A stretch of DNA of 60,808 bases, the filler included, from Bipalium vagum (lineage: Eukaryota), in NCBI GenBank assembly GCA_037834085.1. It is 3 parts of 3 records of this genome, joined end to end, with 100 filler letters (N's around TTAATTAATTAA, not from the genome) between each part and the next. Parts side by side here need not be neighbours in the genome. Positions count along the whole stretch, not along the records: positions 1 to 23,694 come from JBBMKC010206043.1; 2 more parts are not named here. The stretch is one strand, 5' to 3'. A model generated the notes under the pieces. It was not told the origin of the DNA. It was given only the letters and a program-made list of their open reading frames with translations, and did not search any database. Positions 1 through 12,307 of the stretch are shown one piece after another. The translations under genes and the position numbers were made by a program. Numbering within the stretch: position 1 is the first letter of the stretch; each line of letters begins with the position of its first letter.

Positions 1-773
1 TTTAAACCCTATTGTGGTTTCTACCCTATACTTTACAAGGGTTGTCAAGGATGTGTCCTTGGCTAACCCAACATTATCAAGGACTTTTAAATGATACCAT
101 TTTTTTCATATAACTAATATTATTATTAAATGATATGGTAAAACAAGAACTTTAAATAACTAAAAACATGAATAACTTTTGAATCAACTTGATATATATA
201 TTTATTTATTTATATTTAAAAATATATGAGGAATGATATATAAATACAGTGAGTTAGCTTTATCAATAAATAAGATGAATTTATGAATTTTAAAATTTAA
301 GAAAATATTAACATGCTTAAAATGACAATGATATCTTCATTTTTAAAAGTATTAAATAAATTTAAAAAACAAAATAGAATTAAAGGCAAATCTATGCTAA
401 AATAAAAAAATTAATTATTTAAATAATTTTTATTCTAATATTCTTACACTTGATGACATAAACCAGATTGTTTTTAAAAGGTTGCAATAACACAAGCGAA
501 TATACTCATCGTCAAAAGTCTTATGCAGGTAAAAATTTATTTTAAAACTAATCAACATTTTCACAAGAATTTTTCACAAGGTTTGCTAAAAACATGTGAC
601 ATCTTTTTTGGAAGTGCATTCATTGATCCTTTTCGACATCGATTCAATTAAACAAGAACATTCCTCGTGATTTAGTTCATTCTTTTGTTCATTGAGACGC
701 TAGAGAAGTTGTAGTAGAGTTGCTGATGGATAATCATATGTTAAAGATTCTCGTCAGCCTATGATGTATGTGA

Positions 774-849
774 GGATTAAACATTTTGAGATAAGAAACA
801 TTTTGAGATAAGAAACATTTTGAAATAACGGATTAAACATTTTGATAAA
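774..849. repeat. Short tandem repeat, ~17-bp unit aaacattttgagataag
   Basis: About 3 units, flanked by duplicated ggattaaacattttga. Confidence 0.8.
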
Positions 850-2119
850 CAAAAAGATTCATTTAAACAAGTTTTTTAAAATAAGTAAATTAAATAAGAT
901 AATATTTCAAAATATATAACTATGAAATTGTGTATAGTTATAAACATATATATAATAAACAAGGTAAACAGGTAAAATCAATCAATAATATCAATTATAA
1001 AGTCCAGAAAATATTTAAGGAATGGAAATGATTTTACAATTAGTATATATATATACCACAATATATACCACAAATTACTGTCATATTAATTACTTAATTC
1101 TAGCATGTTCATAAAAGTATAAAATAAGTCTGGTGTCATAAATATTTTAAGATGAGTCGTTTAGTTTAAAGATAATTTTAATATATAAATCACTTAATTT
1201 AGAATTAGTGTACAATAATAATCATTTTTAAAGAATCATGAAAAAGTAATCGTTAGTAATAGAAAATTTTTATGCATATTGAAAACCAAGGCCTTGTGAT
1301 GAATGCTGAGAAACAGGTAAAGGACAGGGTTCTATCAAATTTAACAAATCATCAAATCTATTGTACAAAAAAATTTCGAAATGGTAAAAGATCTTAGAAG
1401 TTAGTCATCATACTCACTAGGCTTTTACTGAAACCCTTATGATGAGAAGTTTACTGTATACCAGAAACGTCTTGACTCTACTATTTGTATCCTGAAGAAG
1501 AATTTGTCTTGAACAAGTTATTCCAAAGCAACCATTAGCTTTGAATGGATGCTTACGAACACGAACCTAGTAGACAGTTTCTGAGTTGCTAGCTGTATTG
1601 ATAACAACCATTCGTGGAATCATCAGAACGTGATAGATGATTCATTTTGCGACTATATTTTGATGCTATTTCCAAGTAGAATCTACATCATTATCTGGAC
1701 AGAGAAGAGGTGTGTATTTTTCGAACAATGTCGATCTGAGAACTGACCACTAAATTAACATCTCTACTGTATCATATAACTTGGTTTCTTTATGTTTTAT
1801 TGATTTCCAATTTTTTTTAACATTCCACAGGGATTACAGATTTGAATTTTTATTTATAATAATTAATCACAATAAAAATTAATTTTTACTGATTTCAAAT
1901 TGAATTAATTTTTGATTAAGTTCACACAATATAAAAATTATAATGGATCCAGTTTATTCTTATTAATTTCCTAAAACAGATAAATAATTTTAATTAAAGA
2001 ATACATTATGAAATAATTAATAAACTTTAAAGAATAATTCTCGCAGTTTGTTTTAATAAATGCGACGTATAAAATGAAGTAATTAAATATATCGTTACAT
2101 TAATAACTTAATCTAATAA

Positions 2120-5057
2120 ATGAAAGCATTGATATTAGTTGGTGGATTTGGAACTCGGCTCAGACCTTTAACGTTGACATTGCCAAAACCAATTGTCGAG
2201 TTTTGTAACAAGCCGATGTTGTTGCACCAAATCGAAGCTCTTGTTGAGGTTATAAAAAGATTTTCTTACTATGACATGATTGCTAACATTTTTTATCAAA
2301 TAGGCTGGTGTTTATCACATAATTCTAGCGGTCAGTAGGAGCGCGGACCGGAGTGATTTGTTGGAAAACGAATTAAAAATCCACGAGGAACGGGTAAGAT
2401 TCTGAAATAATTCATGTCATTAATGCAACAAACCATTATCAACTTAAGCTCCACATCAAAATCACCTTTTCCTACGAATACGAGCCCATGGGGACAGGTG
2501 GACCAATTGCTCTGGCTAAGGACTATCTGTCCAATGATCAGTCTCCGTTTTTCGTGCTAAACAGTGATGTAATCTGCAACTTTCCTTTCATAGAAATGAT
2601 CCGATTCCACAAGACCCACGGCAAAGAAGGAACGATAGTAGTAAGATTTGAACATTATTTTCCATTGGCTGTTGTCGATTATTATTGATTATTATCCTTT
2701 ATATTTTTCTGTATCCATCTTTCTAGGTAACCAAGGTGAGTGAACCTTCAAAATATGGTGTGGTCGTTTACAACCGTGACGGACTTGTCGACCGTTTCGT
2801 GGAGAAGCCTCAGGAATTCGTCAGTAACAAAATCAACGCCGGGCTTTATTTGTTTAACACGTCGATACTGAATCGAATTCCAGTAGGTCTTCTATGTTCC
2901 ATTGAGAGATGATCGTTTTATTTTTTGTCTTCTATCCTTTTCAATTTGTTCAGCTCAAGAATGTCTCGATCGAAAAGGAGACCTTTCCTAATATGGCCGA
3001 AAACAAAGAGCTTTTTTGCATCGAATTGGAAGGTATTATCTAATATTTCCCAATAATCAATTATGGATTTTTAGTTATACAAAAAATTGATTAACAATTA
3101 TTCATCAATGATTTTTTATATTATAATTAATATTATCGATTATTACTATAAATTATTATTGATTATTTAATTTATTGTATTTATTGAATATTATAATTTT
3201 TTCGATTCTAATAAATTATTTTTTATTGATTTAAAATAATCGACTATTATTGACTTTTATCGATAATTATAAAATATAATTTTTATTGATTTATTTATGA
3301 ATTACTTTTTAAAACTTTCATTCAATTTAAAGTGACATTGTTGAGTTTCCATTTCAAACTATGAGTGGGGGTTAAAAATATTTATTTTATATATTTTAAC
3401 AAATATATGAACTGTGCTTAGTAATTGTCTAATACACTTATTGACACACTTTCTCGTCAACCCTCTTCTCTCTGTCAGTGGTTCTGCTTGTGCATGTCTG
3501 TGAATATTTCAGAATTGTGATTTTATTTGGAAATCAATATCGCTTGAAAAATTATTATTAAAAATAATTTTTGTATTTTTCGGGAATTTATCATGGATTT
3601 ATAATTTTGTTATGTTATGTTGATTATAATTATTATTCATATAATAATTATTTATTATTGTGTCGGTACATGTCTTTATTTTTCAGGATGTTTTTTGTTT
3701 ATAATTAATGTGCATGGGATTGTTTACATCATGTTTACGATGAGATGACTTTTTAAAATCAAATCAATTTTCAATAATCACAATTCTGTTCGTTACACAC
3801 ACTAAAAATCAGTTTTCCAGATACACTTGGAGACAAAACAGGTGTTGAACAGCCAAAAATACTCATTTTTATCGACGTTTTAAACTCAAGAGTTTGTTAT
3901 TGATCTATTTTCATGGATCGATCGTTTTCCATCTTTCAATTTCTTTATCTCTATTTTCACTTTCATTCTCATTATTTTCTATATTTCTTTATATTTTCTC
4001 TATCTCTTTTTCCTATCTTTACCTTTCTCTTTCCTAATTTATTTCATTTATTATTCTTACTTTTTCACTTTGCCTTCTCTCCCTTTCTTAATTTCGTTCT
4101 ATCTTTGGTTTTCGTCATATATTTTAGTATAATAATTTTTCAAAGATTATATTTTTATTGATTCTAATTGAAGTCGTTTCAGTTATCGACCTGTTTTATT
4201 ATTGACTATTTATTTTAGCTAGTGATTGATTACATACTTTCCTTATATATATTATATTGATCCCCTTATTGATGAATTGATTATCACACTGGTTTCTTTC
4301 ATTTTTACCAATCTATTCTTCAAAGTTTTTATCGGTCAATTTTTTAACGATGTTATTGTTCGGTATTATTATTATCCGATTTCTTATTCCTATTTATCGA
4401 TTTGATTTATTAAACGGTATCATGTCTAGGATTCTGGATGGATATCGGTCAGCCAAAAGACTTTCTCTTTGGAATGTGTCTCTATTTGGACAATGTCAAA
4501 GAAAAAAACGGCTGCGCTCTTTTCCGAACCGGCTCGGGGTTTCTTAGCAACGTTCTCGTTGTAAGTAATTTACTTTATCCGCTTTCTTTCAATATTGGCC
4601 TTTCATTTCTTTTTCACTGCTCATTTTCTCTTCTCCTTTCAAGGATCCAACGGCAGTTATCGGACAGAACTGCGAAATTGGACCCAACGTTGTCATCGGA
4701 CCGAATGTCGTCATCAGGGACGGTGTGAGAATCAAACGGAGCACCATCATGGGCAATACCGTCATCCACGACCACTCTTGGATCGATTCGTCGATAATTG
4801 GATGGAGGTGCACTATAGGTCGTTGGGTGGGTTTAATAATATTCGATACTAATAGTAATAATAATCGATAATGATAGTCAATTAAAGTATTGATGAGTAT
4901 GCTTCGTTTAACTGTTTTCATTTAGACTCGAATCGAAAACGTAACGGTACTTGGAGAGGACGTCCACGTCGCCGATGAAATATACATAAATGGTGGTCGA
5001 GTTCTGCCGCACAAAAGCATTTCTGAATCCGTTACGGAGCCTCAAATCATCATGTGA
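2120..5057 (+). CDS. GMPPB: Mannose-1-phosphate guanylyltransferase beta (GDP-mannose pyrophosphorylase B), complete, 8 exons, 363 aa
   Basis: Exons 2120-2248, 2304-2393, 2449-2640, 2727-2882, 2954-3032, 4430-4560, 4644-4826, 4926-5057; all GT-AG and in frame. Motifs [46 protein letters not shown], hexapeptide repeats [13 protein letters not shown] and C-terminus [18 protein letters not shown]. Confidence 0.97.
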
Positions 5058-5859
5058 TGCTATTTTAAGATTTTTTTCTTACTCTCTGTTTTTCGTTGGA
5101 TTTTTATATATCTCCTTTTCTTTTTGGTCTTTCTTATGAAACGTTTAATTTTTTTGAGGTTCGTTAGATAATGCTCACAATGAATTTCAACCAGGCGGTA
5201 GATTAACAGTAAAAAGAGTGAATAGACGGTTGTCGTTGTGAATTCCGATAATAATAAAGTGATTATGGTTGTTTGAGATGAAGTGAATTATTACGAAAGG
5301 GACAGTTCAGGAAAGCGTGTTGAGCTATGGTTGGTGCGTGAATATTATCGAACAAATATAGTTTATGGGGAATATATCGTACTATATAGAGGACCAAAAG
5401 TATACACGTTACACTTTGCTATGAATGCTTACACAGAAACATTGAGCTAAATTCTCCGCTCAAAAATCAATGCTATTTAATGGAAAATATAATTTTATAA
5501 TTATATACAGGTGTTGCAATTTAAAATTACATTTTCACTTCCGTTATCAATAGAGGAAAATTAATTAAGTAATTGACGATTTATAGACTTAATTTTAAAA
5601 TCCCTTTTGGAGTACCCTTAAAATATTTATATTTTTTATTAAGATGTTCGTATTTAGCCTCGAGCTTATGATTTAATGTGACCTAGTTTATGTTACTAAT
5701 TTTTGTAGTTACGAATCAATAAACTTAAACTAACAATAATCTAAAACTAATCGATGCACCAGTTAAATAGACAAAATAATCGAAGTAAATTAACACTTAT
5801 GACAAACTCGCACAATTGCTGTTTCAAATATCAAGTTGGCATTAAATTAATAAGTGTTG

Positions 5860-6086
5860 AGATTTGGTGTTAAAACTTGGAAAGTGGCAGGGAGTCCAGC
5901 AGCCGATTAAGACTGAAACGTGATTGTGTGTTTTGCTACGGTGCGTTTCGTTTTGTGTGTGGCAATTAATTGAAGGAGGGATCATTTGATTGAATATTTT
6001 TCGGAAAATCAAGATTTTACCTGTTTGTGAGTAGGTGTGTTCAATATTTTCTGACTTGGTTGAAAATTTGCTCATCATTCATTGGT
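5860..6086. repeat. Dispersed repeat, copy 1 (homologous to 40915-41128)
   Basis: Shared blocks atttgattgaatattt..ggaaaatcaagatt, ctgtttgtgagtag, ttcaatatt.tctgactt, tcatcattcattggt. Confidence 0.85.
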
Positions 6087-6253
6087 AGTTTACTATTTAA
6101 GAAATATGTAAAAAATTGATGGAAATATTGAAAATTCAGTTCTTATAATATCTGTTAGGTTGAGGAATAACTACGTACCGTTTTTAAAAATCGTATTTAA
6201 AGTACTAAAAATTTACTCACGACTTTTATTTTATAACACATTTAACACATCAA

Positions 6254-6407
6254 GTCTATGACATTATTTCCGTCGTTCATAATCCCTTGGTCCCAACGGT
6301 CCACAAGTTTCTGAATTCCACGGCGGAAAAAGTCTTATCTCTTGAGCCAAACCATTTGGTAAGCCAATCTCGTAATTCTTGTTCGTCACCAAATGGTTTG
6401 CCACTTT
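6254..6407 (-). mobile_element. Mariner transposase C-terminal relic
   Basis: Minus-strand translation GKPFGDEQELRDWLTKWFGSRDK / FRRGIQKLVDRWDQGIMNDGNNVID (one frameshift), typical of mariner C-termini. Confidence 0.75.
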
Positions 6408-6984
6408 TATATAATCTTTACAAATTCAATATCAAAGTAATAATAAATTCACAAAAATTCAATGGTTAAGAGTGGGGTAAATAAACAGGCTCAACTTATT
6501 TCAATAACTAAAGATAAAAGAGAATTAAATTAAAGAAAATAAAATAAATGAACACAACAGAAAACAATGTACTGACGAGATATTGTAATATGGGTCCTTA
6601 GATCACCAGTTAGGCCCATTTGGTTTTCCTAGAAACGATCAAACTCAACAGGACCAATTTTTATCAAATCTTGATTTCATAATTGAATTTTTTTTTAATA
6701 CCTTAGCAGAGTGCTTGATCCAATTTATTCTCTTGACCGGGATGAGTATTCTTAATTTAATTCACTGTTAGACAGTTGCTTCTGACGTATAATCTTCAAC
6801 AAAAAATTCTTAGAATAGAATAGAATCCAAACTAATATTTTCGCCATTTTCTAGGAGGCAATATCTTTAAAAAATCATATCTATCATGAAGGACCACTTG
6901 CTTTCGCCACCCTTTTGACCAAATATGAAAATTTTGCGGCTGTCGGCACTGCTGAAATGTGGCGGAGAAAAAGATATCAAAAAA

Positions 6985-7870
6985 ATGGAGTTCTATCTAC
7001 CAAGAATATTTATTCAGTTCCTATTTTCGGACTATGACAAATTCATCTAAATTTTTATCCTTATTATTATTAATTACAAATTATATTGGTTGTCTAAAAG
7101 GAAGTTCTGCAGTAAACGAAACAAATGATAGTCTCACGGTGCAATATCAGGACTATAATGAGGATGTAACAAAACTTTCCCATCAAGATCCTTCAATTTG
7201 TTCCAAGTCATCAAGGACACGTGGTCTTCCGTTGTCATCGTGAACAAACAACATATTTCCTATCGATCAATTCTGACAGCATTTTATTGCAATTTCATGC
7301 TGTACCCTAGCTAATTGTTGATAGTAGAGAACAGAGTCAACTTTTTGAGTATTTCTTTGCAGATGATTCTTTTTTAATCCCACCTTGGCTTCAATTTTGC
7401 CTTTGCCGTGATTTTTGGAATCTCACCACTTTTTGTTCATGACTTTTTTCTAACATCGTTCTCGTATCTGATCTATTTTTCGTCACCCACAATAAAACTT
7501 TTCAAGAATGGTTCCATAGAGTTTTTTATCACCAATGTTTGGCATATTGAAATTTTGTCTATTAAAATTTTCGGTGTTAATTGATGCGGAATCCAAACAT
7601 CAAGTTTTTTAAAATGGTTTAAAACAGTTTGATGATGAATACCGAGGTCTTCTGTGATTTCACGGTTACCATATGACTGTCTTCCTCCACCGTCTGAAAG
7701 ATTTCATTGATTTTTTAACATGTTAGCCGGCCAGAACGAGATTCGTCTTTGACGTCGAAATTTCCAAATCAATGTTACCATTCACGGACTCTTCTATCAA
7801 ATACAGCATCTGAAGTAATTTTTTCGCAGACTGCGTTACATTTCTGCTTTTAATGAAAAAACATTTCAAA
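6985..7870 (-). mobile_element. Degenerate near-full-length mariner transposase
   Basis: RRVREW..FGNFDVKDESRSGR, IVGDEK*IRYENDVRKKS, HDDNGRP, VLLHPHYSPDIAP*DYHLFRLLQNFL, with stops and frameshifts. Boundaries approximate. Confidence 0.85.
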
Positions 7871-8530
7871 AGGTATTACATTTCTTTTTTATTTATGTCT
7901 ATTTCTAAACATAAACAAATTTTTATTAAATTAATAATAAAATGCCAAACTTTTAAAAGTAATTTGAAAGATCTGATTACTAAATTTATATAATTGAAAT
8001 ATTTAAACAAATAAAATATCAATATAAATATCTGTAGAAGTTTTTCCCCGCCTTTTCTCAAAATCAGCAGAAACTTTTTAGATAACCCAATATTATTAAT
8101 ATTGGAAATTTTTAATAATTACCATTCTCTTCTTTGAAAAAATGAAAAAACATAATTTCAAAAATTTTTATTATAAACGAAAACAACGACAAAAAACACA
8201 AATTTCCTCAAACCACATCAGAAAAATATCCGACAGAAAAATAGCACAATTACAATGATAAAATCAACACCCAACCCTTCACCCATTGAAATCCTCTCAC
8301 CAAATCAGGTAATAAAAAACAATAATAATAATAAATCGATGATGATAATAATACTAAATCAATAAATTATAATATAATCAATAATAAAATTAATTAATAA
8401 TAATAAAATAATAATCAATAATTAATAAAAGTAATCAATATAAATAAATCAATAATAATTTTGAAAATTTCAATAAAAATAACAATCATTTTCAAATATG
8501 TTTGTTTTGGCCTCGACTAAGATTTCCCGA

Positions 8531-9595
8531 TCAATAACTGCCCGAAATTTGACCGACTCCGCTGGAACCATAACCGCCCGAAGATTTCCAGTTGACGTGG
8601 GACACTTGGAAAACGCTCCTGGGATCCAGATTGGAGCGAAAGGCGGACGCAACGCGAATCTGTGAAATAGAAAACAGTTATTGATTTTTTCAACAGTCAC
8701 ATTAAAAAATCAAATTATAAATCCATTCCGGCATGCATTTGATCAATATAAAACAAACGTGGTTCATTTTTAGTTAGTTATTTTTTCTTTGTTATGGATT
8801 TATTATATTATTTTAAAAATATTATTGATTTTTTATTATTATTTCTGATTTAATATAATTTTATATTTATTATCATTATTAATTATTGTTATTATTCTTT
8901 ATCAAAATTATAATTCATAATTAATATTATTGTATAATTTTTATACAATTACCAATATCCTCAAACCTGCTACTGATAAATTCGTATTTATTATAAATTT
9001 TTTATAATTAATTTACTTTCGATGGATATTCATAATTATTAATATTTTAATTATCTTCATTTATTCTAATTTTTTATTTTCTTATTATTGTATCATGCAA
9101 TTTGATATTTTGTGCAAAAAAGCAGCCGAGTTCACTCAATTTCCATTCAAAAAATGTTTCGGGCGACATTCACTTCTTTCACTCATAAAACATTTTCATG
9201 CGTTTGAATTTTCAACTTTTTACCTTTGTTAAAATCAATATTTCACCAGTAAAACCATCTTTGGTTGGACATTTCATTTCTTTTTATTATCATTTATTAT
9301 TATCATTATTATTATCATCATTGATTAGGCCAATTATAGTTCTTATAAAAACAATATATAATATATTATTTTATGATTTTTATTATATAATTTTATTTCA
9401 TGTTATTATTGAGCTTGATAAAACGACTGCCTACTCTCTCATTGGTAATTTCGGACACTAAATACATAAATAATAAAATCGTAACAACATTAATTATGAA
9501 AACATTGTTTTCCTTTATTATTTTTATTAATTATTATTACTTTTTTGTTTTTATAAATATTGATAAATACTTATTTTGAAAATCGTATAATTACA

Positions 9596-9636
<41 letters not shown>

Positions 9637-12228
9637 TAATAATCACAATCACAATGGAAACAATAATTTTCTATTCTGAACAGTAACAAAAAGAACATTT
9701 AAAGAAAGGGACTGAGATCTACTTGAGCAAAAAATAAAATAAAATAACTGTCAAAATAAAGCTGACCCTAAGTTACGAGAAAAGAACCCTTTGATTCAGT
9801 TACCGAAGTTCGAATTTGTGTAGGCTGACTTAAGTTTTGATGATGACAAAGTAAAGTTGGAAGGGTACTAGTAATTGCAACAGTGAAGGGCTAACACAAT
9901 AAAAATCTCGCAAGACAGAAACACACTAAGGTTTTGTCCAATACGTCTCCAAATAATAATAATAGTAATAAATATTATTATTATTATTATTTTCATCACC
10001 GATCGGAAAGTGTCAATTATCAATTTCAGGAACCACAGACATCAACAGAAAGCCCAGGTAGACCACACCAATAATCAATTTTCATCGATGCTTTCGCAGC
10101 TGAGAACTGGTCCACTTCCAGTGAAACCGGAGGCCAATTGCGGTGAACTGCAACTGGACAGGTGGTTCTTCTCCTTCATCGTGCGACACTCGTATTTGAG
10201 ATTGGGCAATTTAAATCTTTGGATTTCCGGTTCGGTGATATTGATTCTCCGTTCATTGTTTTGTGTTGCAATACACGAGGACTGGCGACGCCGAGCTGCT
10301 GCCTGCAAAGGCTCGATTCCGTCGTCGATTTGAGCCAGGGTGAACCTTCGTACTCTTCCGTATACAATGTCGTTCCGGTTGTCCAAATCTGGTTGGAAAC
10401 TGTTTTTCTGCAATCGTTAAATCACACTGTGTATTTGTGCATCAGTAGCGTTGAAAGCACAGAGAAGAAATGGACATCACAAATCATGCGATTGTGATCG
10501 TTCTCAATTAAAGGTTGAAAGTGAAAAACGGCAGTGTTGTTGGAATTATAAAATCAACAATATCAATTTACAAATCATCAAAATCGATAAAATCAATAAA
10601 ACCTTAAAAATCTAAAAATAAATCGCTAAAATCGAAAAAATAAAGCTCAGAAAATTGATGAAACCCTAAAGAATCGATATAATTATAAATCAATGAAGTT
10701 GAAAGGTCGGCTGAAAATCCCACCTGTGTCTGCAGACGAGACAAGCCACGAATCCAAAGAATTTGAGCGGTACTCTTCAAATCGTCATCGTCGTCGTCAT
10801 TGTTTTCCAGAGCTGCATTGTTGGCGGCCTCTTCTTCTTCGTCGTCGGAATCACTTTTGTATTTTCCCAAGACTTTGGAATCGCTTAAAGAAGAAAGGGG
10901 TTTTTTCTTGGTCCACGGCATTCGCTTTGGCAAAACTGATGTCGGCACATAATTGATGATCTGAAATAAAATCCGTTAATTTTTTCGGTGTTGTCAGTGG
11001 AGTACATTGTTCAGTTCCGCTCAGATTACAAAGGCAAGAGAAGGGTTTTATCTGGAGAAAATTATCTCAGAAAAAAGAAAAATATCACAGATCAAAGACA
11101 ATAATTGAAAGAGCAAAGTTTCGAACACGATCCTATTTTGTCAGGGAGAGAAGGTTCAAAGTTTTTGTCAAAAAATTTAGAAGAAGAGGATAATTTTTCA
11201 AAAGAACCAAGAAAATATTTGAAAAAGAAATAATAAGATTAAAGATTTAGCAATTTTAAAAATAAAATATTAATTAATAATGTTAAATAATAATCATAAT
11301 AATGATTTATTATTATTATTAAATTCAAAATTAATTTTAAATAACATAAAATGGAAAATTATCATAAAATAATAAAAACATTTTTTCAATAAAGATTAAG
11401 TTTTAAATATTGATTTAGACAAAATTCCCCATATATTTGTTACATTTGCAAAGAAAAGTCTAAAACGTTGACCAAATCTGACAAAAATGTTAGAGAAATG
11501 GGCTTTGTTGGCTAAAGTGATGTCGAACTTTTAAAAGTACTCTTTTACCTTTTATTTATTTATTGATAAAAAATTGCTACTTTTCTCTGCTGAGTGATTT
11601 TATTAATGAAAATATTTCATTTTAAATAAAAATATTTCAAAATCGATAAGCCAATGTTTATTACAATTTATTGATTATTACTATTATTTTTATAATAATA
11701 ATAATAATTATTATTATCATTAAATCATAAGAAACAATAAGAATCAATGAAAAAATGATGACAACCTGCCCCCATAAAAGCACTCCAATTCCAAATAGCA
11801 AGCACCAGAACCAATGGTCCAATTCCAAAGCCGCAGTGTGCAAAGCATAACCGCCGAATTGGACGATGAAGACCTAAAATGAATTTTAGAAAAGATTTAC
11901 CAAAAACGAAAAGACGAAATACAGAATAAAAAGTCAGAAATATTAATCGATGGAAATCAATCGAAATCGATACCTGGCCGAAAAACGTAGACACCCAAAT
12001 GAGAATAAAAAGCAAATTGCGATGGATCCCATCGAAAACGTTTCGTTGGCCGTGTATTTTTCGTGAATTGAACTCGTTGAACAGCGTCATCATGACAAAG
12101 GTATTGAAGATTACCGTGAAGTGCTGGGTGGGCTTATTGATTCCTCTGTCCGTTAGACCTCTTCCGTTTTCAACATCCAACAAAATGTTACCTAAATGTC
12201 GAAGACGAGACTCCATTACTTTCAGCAA

Positions 12229-12307
<79 letters not shown>

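Noticed and set aside
1260-1760. Possible LINE endonuclease relic (..DYIL.., VDLRTDH)
   Set aside because: Too degraded to support a call without a search.
3913-4161. F/L/S-rich ORF that looks like a membrane protein (also 16233-16493, 35382-35618, 16848-17228)
   Set aside because: Translation of intronic pyrimidine-rich low-complexity tracts inside GMPPB, PMCA and VPS13; no splice or homology support.
8470-8700. 76-aa minus-strand ORF as an independent gene
   Set aside because: Wrong frame; the real coding frame is the PMCA last exon IRVASAFR.. entered by splicing at 8659.
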